Source: Eledone cirrhosa
Lineage: Eukaryota
Assembly (NCBI GenBank): GCA_964016885.1
Contig: OZ024756.1
Span: forward strand, 24,180,001 to 24,244,000
DNA length: 64,000 bases
Reading direction: 5' to 3'
The notes under the pieces are model-generated. The model saw only the letters and a program-made list of their open reading frames with translations. It had not been told where the DNA came from and made no database searches. The translations under genes and the position numbers were made by a program. How positions within the stretch are numbered: position 1 is the stretch's first letter; every line of letters begins with the position of its first letter. Shown one piece after another: positions 1 through 13,166 of the stretch.

Positions 1-235
1 TTATCGTTAATATATTCTTTTATAAACATTGGTGAGCATATTGGTAGATTGTCGTTCACATTTCCAATGTTTATCTGTTGTATGGCATGGCTAGATCTTT
101 CTGGAATGCCTCTGTCTTTGGCAGTAATGTTCAAGTAGAACACTGGATCCAACATGGATTCGTAATCGAAAGTTTTAATTAGATTAATCTCTCCGCTGTA
201 ACTATCAATCGAGAACATTTTCATGGGATCGCCTC
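1..235 (-). CDS. Cadherin-repeat gene, coding exon 9 (runs off window edge)
   Basis: Manual translation GGDPMKMFSIDSYSGEINLIKTFDYESMLDPVFYLNITAKDRGIPERSSHAIQQINIGNVNDNLP contains the DYE, AxDxGxP and NVNDN cadherin motifs. AG acceptor at 236-237; phase 1 matches the upstream exon. Confidence 0.9.
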
Positions 236-453
236 CTTCAATGAAATAAATAAATGTTTTAATTATTTGATATAGAAGACCTCGCTGTAACGTTTTGACT
301 GAAATGAAATAGTTTAACAACAGGGCATATAAAGCTACTGAAAAAGATAGGAATCAGTATAAATAGCAGTCGAACACACACTTCTTGTTTGCCGGACAAG
401 TACACTACCATTACGCCATCTCTTCCCGTTATTTTTTAGGAACTATAACTTAA

Positions 454-526
454 CAGGTGGTGCTATTAAGTTAGACATGGCCAGAGCCAATACTGGTCGA
501 AACCTAAGTTATCAAAGTTAAAGTTA
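454..526 (+). mobile_element. Isolated 3'-UTR fragment of the CR1-group LINE family
   Basis: caggtggtgctattaagttagacatggcc...gccaatactgg matches 7136-7180; ends in tandem aaagtt repeats. Confidence 0.8.
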
Positions 527-774
527 ATAGCGATGTGTACAGAGTTATATACAAGGGGGTGGTCATAGGTATGGGGTAGTGACAAAGTTATATACAAGTG
601 GAGGGTATGGGATGGTGACAGAGATATATCGCAGTAAAGGTAGAGTTACAGTTTGGAGTCACCTTTGAGTTCATTACACCTTCGGTTTTTATTTGAACAT
701 AAAGCCAACACACGCCTGTGAAATGTAGCCTGAGAGTAATCCGCAGCATTTTCTCATTATCTCGAATGAATTAA

Positions 775-862
<88 letters not shown>

Positions 863-948
863 TTAATTATATATATATATATATCACTAGCCATATAATT
901 TTGAGTTTAACACTTAGCCAGGCCAAGCCATTAAATAATGTACATACG

Positions 949-1002
<54 letters not shown>

Positions 1003-1107
1003 CACATATATATATATACACATATATATATATATACACATATATATATACATACACATAGATATATATATACATACACATATATATATATATATATACA
1101 TATACAT

Positions 1108-1184
<77 letters not shown>

Positions 1185-1210
1185 GTATATATATATATGT
1201 ATATATATGT

Positions 1211-1430
1211 GAAGGCGTGTGGCTGAGTGGTTAGAGAATTGGATTCGCAATCGTAAGGTTGTGAGTTCGATTCCTGGACCAGGCGATGCGTTATGTCCTT
1301 GAGCAAGACACTTTATTTCACGTTGCTCCTTCTACCTGGAGTTGCGACCGATAGATAGTATTAGCAATTGGAAAGACCAACGGAAACACTCTTCCCTCGG
1401 TCCGATTTGACGAAAGTCGATCGTCTCCTA
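1211..1430 (+). mobile_element. tRNA-derived CORE-type SINE (related copies at about 14200-14395, 53205-53400, 60190-60310 and others)
   Basis: A box tggctgagtgg, B box gttcgattcc, and CORE-like tgtccttgagcaagacacttt; recurs across the window. Confidence 0.75.
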
Positions 1431-1502
1431 TATATATATGTATATATATATATATCTGTATATATATATGTATGTATATATATATATGTATATATATATA
1501 TG

Positions 1503-1663
1503 TATAGGAACAAGTAAGACACCGACGGCTGAGCTCAAGCCGTTTCGACGGCTAATTCTGTACTCGAAACGGCTTGAGCTCAGCCGTCGGGGTCTTACTT
1601 GTTCCTATTATTGAGTACTTTGGTGCGTTATGGTCCACCTGGTTCCTTACCACATTTCCTTCG

Positions 1664-1665
<2 letters not shown>
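1503..1665. mobile_element. Short Penelope/retrozyme-like insertion with 5' inversion carrying the 3' half of a hammerhead
   Basis: About 43-bp inverted repeat (1503-1546 vs 1564-1608); GAAACGGC-loop-GCCGTC motif; related pieces at 14421-14478, 21847-21880, 26001-26100 and 42697-42755, all abutting (TA)n. Confidence 0.55.
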
Positions 1666-1702
<37 letters not shown>

Positions 1703-1738
1703 TATATATATGTATATATATATATGTATATATATATG

Positions 1739-1797
<59 letters not shown>

Positions 1798-1900
1798 GTA
1801 TATATATATGTATATATATATATATGTATATATATATATGTATATATATATATGTATATATGTATATATATATATATATGTATATATATATGTATATATG

Positions 1901-1931
<31 letters not shown>

Positions 1932-2006
1932 GTATATATGTATATATATATATATGTATATATATATGTATATATATATATATATGTATATATATATGTA
2001 TATATG

Positions 2007-2037
<31 letters not shown>

Positions 2038-2088
2038 GTATATATATATGTATATATATATGTATATATATATATATGTATATATATG

Positions 2089-2123
<35 letters not shown>

Positions 2124-2502
2124 GTATATATATATATATATGTATATAAATATGTATATATATATGTATGTATATATATATGTATATATATATGTATATA
2201 AATATGTATATATATATATGTATATATATATGTATATATATATGTATATATATATGTATATATATATGTATATATATATATGTATATGTATATATATATG
2301 TATATGTATATATATATGTATATGTATATATATATGTATATGTATATATATATATGTATATATATATATATGTATACACATGTATATATGTATATATATG
2401 TGTATATATATATATATGTATATATATATGTATATATATGTGTATATATATATATGTATATATATGTATATATATGTGTATATATATATGTATATATGTA
2501 TA

Positions 2503-2755
2503 GTGCCTTTGCTCACTATAAAAGCTTCACGGCACAGGCATTGCTTTATATCTGGAGAACTCTCTGCATTTGTCGTCACATGGTACCATGGGCCCAGCAC
2601 TATGTGTCAATGGTTGTCACAGGTGTAGTGTTTGTACCAGAGTTTTCAAGTCGCTGGCTGGACTAAAAAGTCACACTCGTTCAGCGCATCAGTAGGGGTT
2701 CTCCTACATGGATATAAAGTAGTGGCCGTACTCGAAAACGAGTTGGCAGCCACCA
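2503..2755 (+). mobile_element. 3' end of an RTE-like LINE with a terminal C2H2-type finger
   Basis: 2624-2695 translates [23 protein letters not shown], followed by a short UTR and (TA)n. Confidence 0.6.
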
Positions 2756-3032
2756 TATATATGTATATATATGTATATATATATATGTATATATATGTAT
2801 ATATATATATGTATATATATATATGTATATATATGTATATATATATATGTATATATATATATGTATATATATATATGTATATATATATATGTGTATATAT
2901 ATATATGTGTATATATATATGTGTATATATATATATGTGTATATATATATGTGTATATATATATGTGTATATATATATGTGTATATATATATGTATATTT
3001 ATATATATGTATATATATATGTATATATATAT

Positions 3033-4111
3033 CCCAAACAGAAAATATAGATGCTTCATCTCTGAACGACATTGCTAAACGTACAGTTCAATTTTTGAAA
3101 ACTCGATCTGAACAACAGATTCAAAATAAATTAAAGCAAATCGAAATTGCTTTTAAATTAATCAATAAACATTTGGATAAACTACGGTGTGTTTTCTCTT
3201 CGAATGCTGTCCAGCAGCAGCAACAACAACAACAGCAGCTACAACAGCAACAACAACAACAACAACAACAGCTACAACAACAACAACAGCAACAACAACA
3301 ACAACAACGACAACAACAGTGTGAACCACTCCTTGATTCATCAACAATGGCCGATCTACTAAATGAAACTATTGACCCCCCAGTAGCCTCTGTCTCACAG
3401 CATGAAACGCCACATCCTTTCTCTGGCCCAGCAGTCCAATCATCACCACTGCCAACATCTCTGCCTACTACTACTACTACTACTACAACATTTTTGTCTA
3501 CTGCTATGTCAAGGAATTTACCTTCTAATACCAGAACAAGAACTCTCCCTCCCACAGTCCACAAAGGTCGTCAAATCCTACCCAAACCATCATCTACACC
3601 TCTCACAACACCCACACCCACATACCCACCCACTCGAAACCCCATCATTTGCCGCTACTCTCTACGCTATAGAATATGTACGGATAGTGGCTGCAAATTC
3701 ACCCATTTACCTAGGACAAAACGATCTATCCCCACAAACAGCCACCACCATAATACATACTCTAATTTAACACCAACACAACCACCAATAACTCAAACAA
3801 GGAATCCACAAATCTGCCGTTTTTCCCTGCGAGACAGATTGTGTTTAGACCGGGATTGTCCCTTTACCCATCTCCCGGGGACCCGTCGGATAAATGAAAA
3901 TAAAATTAAAAATAAAAGCAAAAACAAAAACCATAACCTACATAAAAATAACCACTACCACAGTCACCAACAGTCTTCTAAACAGGAAACTTCTTCCTCT
4001 TTTTTAGCCATAATGAATCTGGCAAAAGAACTGGAAAAAAACATTCGAGCTATCACCCAGCACCACCCTCCACTATCACCCCACTGCACAAACTCCCATT
4101 GCTGCCATTAA
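3033..4111 (+). CDS. LINE ORF1 (5'-truncated): coiled-coil/polyQ region and two CCCH zinc fingers
   Basis: [19 protein letters not shown] and [19 protein letters not shown] both fit C-x8-C-x4-C-x3-H. The N-terminal part of track ORF 2771-4111 is microsatellite. Confidence 0.75.
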
Positions 4112-7100
4112 CAAACAAACAAATTAACAACACACCAAAACAATTAAAACCATCCACTCTCGCCTCTACATTTTTGCTTAACGCCCAAGGCATCAGCCCT
4201 TCCACCAATACTCAAAAATGGAAGATCAAATTCCTGGAGGACTGGATTGATGTCCATCCAAACCACATCCCTTTCTTCGTCCTCACTGAAACCCATCTCA
4301 GTAACCTCCACTTGGAAGCCGAGGTGAAAGTGAAAAATTTCAAAGCCATCCGTGCTGATCGCGCTGGCAGAAGAAAGGGCGGAACTGCCATTTATGTCCA
4401 TAATTCTTTCTCAACAGAGGCTATGAACATATTCACTAATGGATACTGTGAGGCAGTCACTGTATTCAGTCAAACCAACAACCTATTAGTAGTTGGGCTC
4501 TATAGGCCACCCCAAACGCCTGTACCATGCTTCAAGGAATGCCTCAACAGCATAAAGTGTTTCATCCAAGAGTGTCACCCTGACAACATCTTAATGATGG
4601 GGGACTTCAACCTCCCCGGAGTTGACTGGTCCACAAACACCCTGCCACCAGGTTCTTCTGCCTCAACCTCTGACAGGGAAGCTGTGGAATCGCTTCTTGA
4701 CTTCATGGATGATTTCTTCCTATCCCAACTAGTTCTCGAACCAACGAGGTGCCACAAAAACGTCCTAGACTTAATTTTCAGCAATCACACTGACAATATC
4801 CACAATATTGCAGTGGAGAAAACTCTACTCTCTGATCATGACATGGTTCTCTGTGATCTGAGATTCCACCGTCCAATATACAAACCCAATGTCATTTCTC
4901 CTGTCCATCCGTTTGACGCTATGGATTTCCACAATGCAAACTGGGAAGCGATCAGTCATGATCTTGCACATGTCGACTGGTCCTTCACGCACACTCATAC
5001 ACCCACTAACATCAAAAAGTCCTGGCAGACATTTGTGGACACTGTTACAAACATATGTGCTAAACACACCCCATTAAGAACTATAAACAAATCTAAGAGC
5101 AGAATCCCTAGAAATAGAAAAACACTCATCAGAAAAATTAAGAGAACGAACAAAAAAATCAACAAGCTGAAATACTGTCAGCAGCAACACATCAACTTGA
5201 CTGCCATTTCATCACTAGAGATTAAAAAACATAACCTCCAAAACAACATAATGTCCCTCATCAACAATCAGAGAAGAGCTGAAGAGGCCTGGGCCATTGA
5301 GAAGATCAAACTCAATCCCAAAGTGTTCTTTTCATTTGCAAAAAAACACAAAATCACTGGCTCTACTGTTGGCCCTCTAATTGATGAAAATGGCACTCTT
5401 CAAGACAATGCTAAAACCATGGGTGAGATACTGCAGAAACAATACTGCTCTGTTTTCAGCAATCCTGATATGGCCGATCTGGGCTGTATCGGCGATGTTA
5501 CTCCCCATTACACCTTATCGGACATAACGTTTGGCGCCCCTGATGTCTTGGCGGCAATAAAGGAAATCAAGCATAATTCAGCAGTAGGTCCCGATAGGTT
5601 CCCTGCTTGTGTCTTGAAGGCGTGTCAACACCAACTTGCTTCTCCTCTTGCCAATCTGTGGCGGAACTCACTGGATGCTGGATATGTGCCAGAAAACCTT
5701 CTATCCCAGTCTGTTGTCCCAGTTTTCAAAAAGGGAAACAAATCCCTTGCCGTGAATTACCGTCCAATCTCACTCACCTCTCATATCATTAAGGTATTTG
5801 AGCGAGTGGTGAGATCGCGAATGACCCACTTCCTTGAGAGTAACAATATGCTGAACTCCAACCAGCATGGATTCCGTAATGGAAGGGATTGCCTGACGCA
5901 ACTACTGCATCACTTTGATGACATTTTGAGAGCCTTGGGAGAGGGTTCCAACACTGATGTTATCTACCTTGATTTCAGCAAGGCCTTTGACAGGGTTGAT
6001 CATAACATTCTACTGAGAAAGCTGTCCAATATTGGTGTCACTGGAAAGCTGCTGCAGTGGATCAAGAGCTTCCTGTCAAACAGAACCCAACATGTTGTAG
6101 TTGAGGGAGTCAAATCAAGCCCAGCCAAAGTCAGTAGTGGAGTCCCACAAGGCACTGTGTTGGGCCCACTTCTCTTCATCATCTATATTAATGACATCAC
6201 TGACATCATCAAACACAGCAACATTAAAATTTTCGCTGATGATTCCAAGCTCCAAAAGGTCATCAATGGCGTGGATGACCGGATAAGCCTTCAGTCAGAC
6301 CTACTGGCTGTTACCCAATGGGCAGAAAAGAACAACATGTTACTGAACGAAGACAAATTCGAACTGATCCACTTTGGAAAAGAGGATGCTCTGAAACTCC
6401 CGTACTCCCTTCCCTCCGGGGAAACTCTCGTGGCATCTAACAACATCAGAGACTTGGGAGTAACCGTGGACAGCAACATAAGCTGGACCACGCATATAAG
6501 CAGCAAAGTTGACATGGCCCGCAGAATGTGTTCCTGGATCCTCAGAACCTTCCAGTCGAGAGATTCCCGCACCATTATCCTTCTCTTCTCTACTTTCGCC
6601 CGACCACACCTTGAATACTGTTGTCCACTGTGGTCTCCCCACACGAAACAAAGTATCATGAAACTTGAAGCTCCTCAAAAGGCAATCACGAAAAAGATAG
6701 ATGGCATGTCAGACCTTGACTACTGGGGTCGATTGGAAAACCTGAAACTTTACTCACTCCAACGTCGCCGTGAGCGTTATATTATCTGCATGATGTGGAA
6801 AATGTTCCATCATCACTGCCCAAATGATGTTGGCATCGCCTTCAAGATACACCCAAGGCTTGGGCCCCGTGCTATCCGTCCCATTCAAAAATCTAAATCG
6901 CAACTCATAACAACAATACGGCACAATTATTTCACCTCAATCGGCCCTGCTCTCTTCAACATCACACCAGGACACGTCAAAACAGAAACTGACCACACAA
7001 AATTCAAGAAGTCTTTGGACAAATTCCTCCAAGTAATCCCGGACAAACCACCCACACCCGGATATGTCTCCGCAAACAGTAATTCTCTTCTCGAATGGGC

Positions 7101-7119
7101 CATGGTGCCCAAATCCTGA
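4099..7119 (+). CDS. LINE ORF2: apurinic-like endonuclease plus reverse transcriptase
   Basis: APE motifs LNAQG, LTETHL, MGDFN, LDLIF, SDH; RT motifs [36 protein letters not shown]. The track start is TTG, not ATG; the frame is open from 3982. Confidence 0.95.
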   Translation: MLPLTNKQINNTPKQLKPSTLASTFLLNAQGISPSTNTQKWKIKFLEDWIDVHPNHIPFFVLTETHLSNLHLEAEVKVKNFKAIRADRAGRRKGGTAIYVHNSFSTEAMNIFTNGYCEAVTVFSQTNNLLVVGLYRPPQTPVPCFKECLNSIKCFIQECHPDNILMMGDFNLPGVDWSTNTLPPGSSASTSDREAVESLLDFMDDFFLSQLVLEPTRCHKNVLDLIFSNHTDNIHNIAVEKTLLSDHDMVLCDLRFHRPIYKPNVISPVHPFDAMDFHNANWEAISHDLAHVDWSFTHTHTPTNIKKSWQTFVDTVTNICAKHTPLRTINKSKSRIPRNRKTLIRKIKRTNKKINKLKYCQQQHINLTAISSLEIKKHNLQNNIMSLINNQRRAEEAWAIEKIKLNPKVFFSFAKKHKITGSTVGPLIDENGTLQDNAKTMGEILQKQYCSVFSNPDMADLGCIGDVTPHYTLSDITFGAPDVLAAIKEIKHNSAVGPDRFPACVLKACQHQLASPLANLWRNSLDAGYVPENLLSQSVVPVFKKGNKSLAVNYRPISLTSHIIKVFERVVRSRMTHFLESNNMLNSNQHGFRNGRDCLTQLLHHFDDILRALGEGSNTDVIYLDFSKAFDRVDHNILLRKLSNIGVTGKLLQWIKSFLSNRTQHVVVEGVKSSPAKVSSGVPQGTVLGPLLFIIYINDITDIIKHSNIKIFADDSKLQKVINGVDDRISLQSDLLAVTQWAEKNNMLLNEDKFELIHFGKEDALKLPYSLPSGETLVASNNIRDLGVTVDSNISWTTHISSKVDMARRMCSWILRTFQSRDSRTIILLFSTFARPHLEYCCPLWSPHTKQSIMKLEAPQKAITKKIDGMSDLDYWGRLENLKLYSLQRRRERYIICMMWKMFHHHCPNDVGIAFKIHPRLGPRAIRPIQKSKSQLITTIRHNYFTSIGPALFNITPGHVKTETDHTKFKKSLDKFLQVIPDKPPTPGYVSANSNSLLEWAMVPKS

Positions 7120-7430
7120 ATTGAAAGACTTCGCCAGGTGGTGCTATTAAGTTAGACATGGCCTGGGCCAATACTGGCCAAAACATTTCAAAGTTATATA
7201 TATATATATGTATATGTATATATGTGTATATATATATGTGTATATATATATGTATATATATATATATGTATATATATATGTATATATATATATGTATATA
7301 TATATATATGTATATATATATGTATATATATATGTATATATATATGTATATATATATGTATATATATATGTATATATATATGTATATATATATGTATATA
7401 TATATGTATATATATGTATATATATGTATA

Positions 7431-7479
<49 letters not shown>

Positions 7480-7536
7480 ATATATATATATATGTATGTG
7501 TATATATATATATATATGTATGTTTATATATATATA

Positions 7537-7575
<39 letters not shown>

Positions 7576-7596
7576 GTGTGTATATATATATATATC

Positions 7597-7679
<83 letters not shown>

Positions 7680-7931
7680 ATGTATATATATATATATATA
7701 TTTGTGTATATATATATATTATTGTATATATATATATAATATATATATATCAAATTGTTAAACAATATTCAATGATTATGTCAAAGAATGAGTTTTACAG
7801 TAGATTGGAAGCACTCAGCGGTAAAATAATTTTCTGGAGTTATTAATACTTATATTTTAAAATAATATATATATATGTATATATATATATATTATTGTAT
7901 ATATATATATGTATATATATATATATTATTG

Positions 7932-7963
<32 letters not shown>

Positions 7964-8035
7964 TTATTGTATATATATATATGTATATATATATATATTA
8001 TTGTATATATATATATGTATATATATATATTATTG

Positions 8036-8066
<31 letters not shown>

Positions 8067-8213
8067 GTATATATATATGTATACATATGTATACATATGT
8101 ATATTGTATACATATGTATACATATGTATACATATGTATACATATATATATATATACACACATCTCACATACACACAGTCACACATACACGCATAGTCGG
8201 GTCCCGACTCTTT

Positions 8214-8282
<69 letters not shown>

Positions 8283-8539
8283 TTATATATGAAAATGTTT
8301 TACAATATAGATGATCGATTGGCTATCAAATGACTCTTTGAAATCGTTTCAAGTAGAAGCATGTGAGAGACTTTTTAATTTGAGAAATTCCACTATATAG
8401 TAATTCGCTCAGCTTGATATACTCTTCTGATATATAGCTATTTTGAAACCCCTGGGCGACGGCTGTAACGAAATCTACAGCCGTCACTGGCAATCGAGTA
8501 TAAGTTGGTAGTATTTATTTATCATGTGGATTGGCGGTG

Positions 8540-8720
8540 GATTGGCACTATCGGTGGAGGGTCGGACGCCATGCTTTCAAGCATAGTTACGTCCCTTTAC
8601 GATCTGAGTTCAAATCCCGCCGAGGTTGACTTTGCCTTTCATCCTTACGGGGTCGATAAAATAAAGTACCAGTAATGCACTGGGTAATTGCTGGCCTTGT
8701 GCCTAAAAGTAGAAACAAGT
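8540..8720 (+). mobile_element. tRNA-derived SINE, the most abundant family in the window (many copies)
   Basis: tggca...ggtagagggtcggac head, B box gagttcaaatcc, body gcctttcatccttacggggtcgataaaataaagtaccag; other copies at about 21262-21440 (+), 24845-25022 (-), 50740-50870 (-), 51825-52235 (-) and 53855-54030 (-). Confidence 0.85.
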
Positions 8721-8860
8721 ATTTATTTATCATGTTTTCTGTAAAGGGTTTTTTTAGGCACCCCACGCAATCGCAAGCTAGCAAACTCGGACACCCTCGT
8801 TTGATTCAGCGGTACATTTATCGACCACATAGAGGATGAGAGACGGGGCGAGAGAGGGAT

Positions 8861-8901
<41 letters not shown>

Positions 8902-8968
8902 GAAAAGGAGTGGAAGATGAGACCTGATGCAGAGAGGATGGCATACAAAAGACATCGACCGAACAAAC

Positions 8969-9065
8969 CTGTTATTGAGTAGGTAATTTCTCCATCTTTA
9001 CCCGAATCCAAGTCCTTGGCTGTTAAAACTTTGACTGAACCTCCTACAAGATGGTCTTCAGGAAT
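8969..9065 (-). CDS. Cadherin-repeat gene, coding exon 8
   Basis: IPEDHLVGGSVKVLTAKDLDSGKDGEITYSIT (PE and AxDxD motifs); caaag acceptor, ag|gtttgt donor; 97 nt, phase 0 to 1. Confidence 0.9.
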
Positions 9066-9922
9066 CTTTGAAAGGGAAATATTATTACATAAATCAATTA
9101 ATTTATTTAGGTTGGTGCCTGACTTGTGACAAAAGTATGTAATATAGTTGTTTAAATCAGATTAAAAACTAAGATTGACTTCGGCTAGATTTGAACACGG
9201 AAAGAGGGACAAAATACCGCAAAACATTCTATCCGACGTTCTAACAACTCCACCAAATTTACTACCCTTCAGTTATATTCTACTAAATTATTTAAATTTT
9301 TATGTGTTTATTTATTGTTTTGTGAGGTTGACTAAATGGAAAGCGATTATTTATTTAGGTTGGTGCCTTACTTGTAACAAAAGTATGTAATATTGTTGTT
9401 ATTTAAATCAGGTTAATGTCTTATCAGTGCTGGAGATGTGTTTATTAAGTGTAGGTGTCTGTGTATTTATGAGGTGGAATTCTATTATGATTCTTCTACC
9501 TAGGCATATTCGTCATTTTACATTCGAAACAACAACAACAACAACAAAAACGGCACTCAGACATACATACACACGTACATCTCTATTTCTCAATCTCTCT
9601 TAATATATATATATATAATATCAACTCACACATATATATACATATACATATGCATATATATACACACAAGCGCGCACATACACACACGCATACACACATA
9701 TATATATACATACATACCAAATTCCAAAATGCCGAAAGCCAATGACCCCTCATCTTCGGTATATATACATACATACGTAGTTATACATGCATATATAATT
9801 TTGGGGGCGATGTTAAAAGACACCATTTGCCCACCTAAAACAGTCTATTTCAAGTGAAATCGGTTTCTCTCTAGAATAAAATAATTAACCAATAAAGAAC
9901 ATTCAGTATATTCTATTCTTAC

Positions 9923-10461
9923 CTCGATTGGCGTCGGATTTTCAAATATTGGTGAGTTGTCGTTGACAAATTCCACGGAGATTAACACTAGACAACTTCC
10001 CGTCTTTTCGTTTATGTCGCCGTCTTTCACGATTACTTTCAGGGTATAGCTACTTCGATCATGTCTTAATCCGTCTAATTCTATTGATTGTAGCAATACT
10101 ATCTGGCCCGAAGCGGAATCATGGAAACCAAACTTGTTCTTGTCTCCGTCAACTATATGATATGTCAACACAGCGCCATCGTCAATGTCGTCTGCTGAAA
10201 GCAAAACGACATTTTCACCGATCGCCATATTCTCTTTAATTCTGATTCCGTAAACTGATTTCAAGAATGTTGGAGCGTTGTCGTTGAATTCTAGTATGTT
10301 AATGGTCAGTAGGGAGATAGCCGATGTTTTGCCTCCATTATCAAACGCCTCTACTCGTAAGGTGTATGAATGTCGGCCGCCACTCTTGGCATCTCGGTCC
10401 AACAGAGATTTCGTTGACAATTCCCCTGTAATACCGTCTAATCGAAACTTGGCTGAACTCT
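9923..10461 (-). CDS. Cadherin-repeat gene, coding exon 7
   Basis: Lies within ORF 9845-10498; LDRD, EFNDNAP, ADDID and FVNDNSP motifs; tttcag acceptor, gag|gtaaga donor; 539 nt. Confidence 0.93.
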
Positions 10462-11613
10462 CTGAAATTCGCGAAATAAATACAGAAAAATAACCCAATA
10501 AAACACAAGTTATGCTATCTCAGCAGTTGGACACAAAAGAAAATATTCAAATAATTTATATGTAATAAATTTCAGTTGAATTATATAAAGTTTGCAATAA
10601 AAAAAGAACAAAAATATAAAAGAATTTAAATAACGAAAGTAAGGGGAGACAGAGTGACCCCAGTGTTGGCGGCTTATCATAGCTGCATCTCCAAGAACAG
10701 CCAGAGGTACCCATTACATCAGCCACTCCACCACATCTGGTTCTTTCTTCAGGCGGGATACACAAAATTAAGAATAAACATACAATATATTTGTATATAT
10801 GTGTGTGTGTATATATTTGTGTACATGTGTATGTATAGATGGATGGATGGATATAACTGTATATGTATTTATGTCTGCATATATGTGTGCATGTATGTAT
10901 GCATGAATGTACCTAAGTATGTATGTATGTATATGTGTGCCCATGTGTACATTATGTATATGTGTGTATGTATGTGTGCATATATGTATGCATATATATA
11001 TGTGTGTGTGTGTGTCTGCGTGTGTGTGTATGTACGTACGTATGCATGTATGTATGTATGTTTGTAAACCATTTAATCATAACAATATGAAATAATAACT
11101 GCTGGCAGGCGTGCGTGACTTCATTAGCATCAGTTTTAAATAAACCTGTAACCCTAGCCCTGTACTGGGTGGTTAGTGTATAGGAGAGGTGGGGTGGGAC
11201 GTACGGGTCAACACATTTTCTTTCTAGAAAGTCTTTATGCCAAATCTGACTGTGGCTTAATCATTAATCTTCGTTTTGATCATTTCAACCGGATATGTTC
11301 CTATTACTAAATGAAGTATATGTGAAATGAAATGCGTCAAAGTGAAATTAAAACCAGGCTCAAAACATAACCCCGGCTCACCTTGTTTTTATCACTACCA
11401 CTACGGGTTTTCATACTAAACGTGTTCTCTTAACTCATAGTTGCAGTTATTGAATTTGCGAACACAGTGGTGTGATACTGGTTATGTTGTTGGACTTGCG
11501 TGGATCCGATTTTGTGGACGGGATGGGACGGTGTATTGTGGCCTTGAGCAAGACACTGATAAGTTCATAAACAGATTTGTCTACAAACCCTCTTATTCTA
11601 TTGAATATAAGTA

Positions 11614-11811
11614 CGAGGGTCGGCTGAAAACTCCATAGGCTGACCATGATACACTCATTGAATTAATTAATGAGGCTTATTTTTGAAGATAGTCTCTCGA
11701 AAGAAACAATGCGGTTATTAATTAGAAGAGTTGAATTTAATGCATGCAAAATTTCACAACTCTACCTTCACTCCTTCATAGTCAGCCTATGAACTTTTCA
11801 GTTGACCCTTA
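11614..11811. mobile_element. Tc1/mariner-type MITE (second copy at about 55128-55320)
   Basis: TIRs cgagggtcggctgaaaa...ataggctgac and gtcagcctatgaacttttcagttgaccctt, flanked by TA. Confidence 0.7.
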
Positions 11812-11873
11812 TACATTGTCAAACATACGCAAGACCTGAATATGTTTTTGAGACAAGAACATGATGTCCTTAC

Positions 11874-12051
11874 CACTGTTGGTCATGAAACGATATAGGA
11901 TATAACAGTTTGGCCCCCTGTCTCGGTCTTCAGCCTTCACTGTAACGACCACTGTACCAATGGCTGCATCTTCTCTCACATAGAAAGTGTTGTTAGGTGA
12001 TACAGGTGTAAACTCCACCCAAGAAGGGCTGTATTCGTTAACAGGAAGAAT
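11874..12051 (-). CDS. Cadherin-repeat gene, coding exon 6
   Basis: ILPVNEYSP...VREDAAIGTVVVTVKAEDRDRGPN; ttttcag acceptor, g|gtaag donor; 178 nt, phases compatible with neighbours. Confidence 0.92.
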
Positions 12052-12116
12052 CTGAAAAAAACAAAAAAACAATAAAGCGAGAAGGAAAGACAAAAGCATT
12101 ACAATAAACAAGTTAA

Positions 12117-12147
<31 letters not shown>

Positions 12148-12909
12148 ACCCACTCATTCCTGAGAGAGTCGTGTGGGCAGAGTCCTCAAACACTCCTTCT
12201 AGCGGGTCCTGTCAGCTCATGGACGTTATCCAACCATCTTGCTCGGTATCTACCCCTGGGTCTCCTGCTTGTTGGTTTTGCCCGTAAGACAGGTTATAAT
12301 TAAATATATTCTAATGTTTAATTAATAGACAGAGTCCTCAATATTCTAAAGCAGGGCTAAAAATAATAATTCTAATTTAAGCACAAGGCCAAGAATTTCA
12401 AAGGAAGGGGAACGTCGATTAAATCTACCCCAACACGTGACTGGTTATTTATTTTATCGAACCTGAGAGTGTAAAAAGCAAAGTTCACCTCAGCGACATT
12501 GGACCTCAGCACTTAACTCAGAACAGTAACTACAAAATGCAAGACATTTTGTTCGACGCTCTACCGATTCTGTCAATCTACCATCATTTTTAGAGCTAAA
12601 GTAATTTTAATCTAGTGGTAAGGGTGTTTGGCTTACGATCTTAATGTCGCAGATTCAATTCCTGGATTGGATTGTGTATTGTGTTCTTCAGCATAGCATT
12701 TCATTTTACGTTGCTCCCGCATACTCAGCTGAAAATGAGTCCCAGCAATAGCTGGGGATTTAACCCTGCGATTCACTGCCGTCCTGTCCTGGAGGTGGAG
12801 TCTTGTACTCTCAGTCGCTTCACGTCACGGAAACTGGGATAAGCACCGGCCTGATGAACCCCCGGGGCTTGAGAGAGAGAGAGGGGGTAGGGAATAAGTT
12901 CATACATAC

Positions 12910-13166
12910 CTTAATATTGACAGTTGCTGTAGATGTCAAAGAACCCTCATCCTTCTTTGTGGGATTGTCCTTTACAATAACTATTAACTTGAGGAAAGTA
13001 TTAGAATATTCCAGAGATTCGTAATCCAAGATACTTCTTGTTTTAATTCTTCCGTCTCGTCTAATAGAGAATTTTGCCGAAAATATGCTAGTTTTGAATT
13101 TCATAGATATATCTCCGTTGCTACCTTCATCAATATCCTTACATGTTATTGAAACAACGTTACTTC
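12910..13166 (-). CDS. Cadherin-repeat gene, coding exon 5
   Basis: GSNVVSITCKDIDEGSNG...LDYE...VKDNP...TATVNIK; tttacag acceptor, aag|gtatgt donor; 257 nt. Confidence 0.92.

Larger units (their letters stand above)
3033..7196 (+). mobile_element. CR1-group non-LTR retrotransposon (LINE), 5'-truncated within ORF1, ORF2 intact, flanked by (TA)n
   Basis: ORF1 remnant, a 1006-aa APE+RT ORF2 and a short 3' UTR ending tcaaagtta; (TA)n tracts on both sides; antisense within the cadherin intron 236-8968. Confidence 0.93.

Noticed and set aside
1219-1280. tRNA-like A and B boxes
   Set aside because: SINE heads; no complete cloverleaf, and they continue into a repeat body.
867-3078. Many YI/IY/HT/VC-rich ORFs here and throughout the window
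   Set aside because: Translations of (TA)n, (CA)n and (TACA)n microsatellites; no coding signal.
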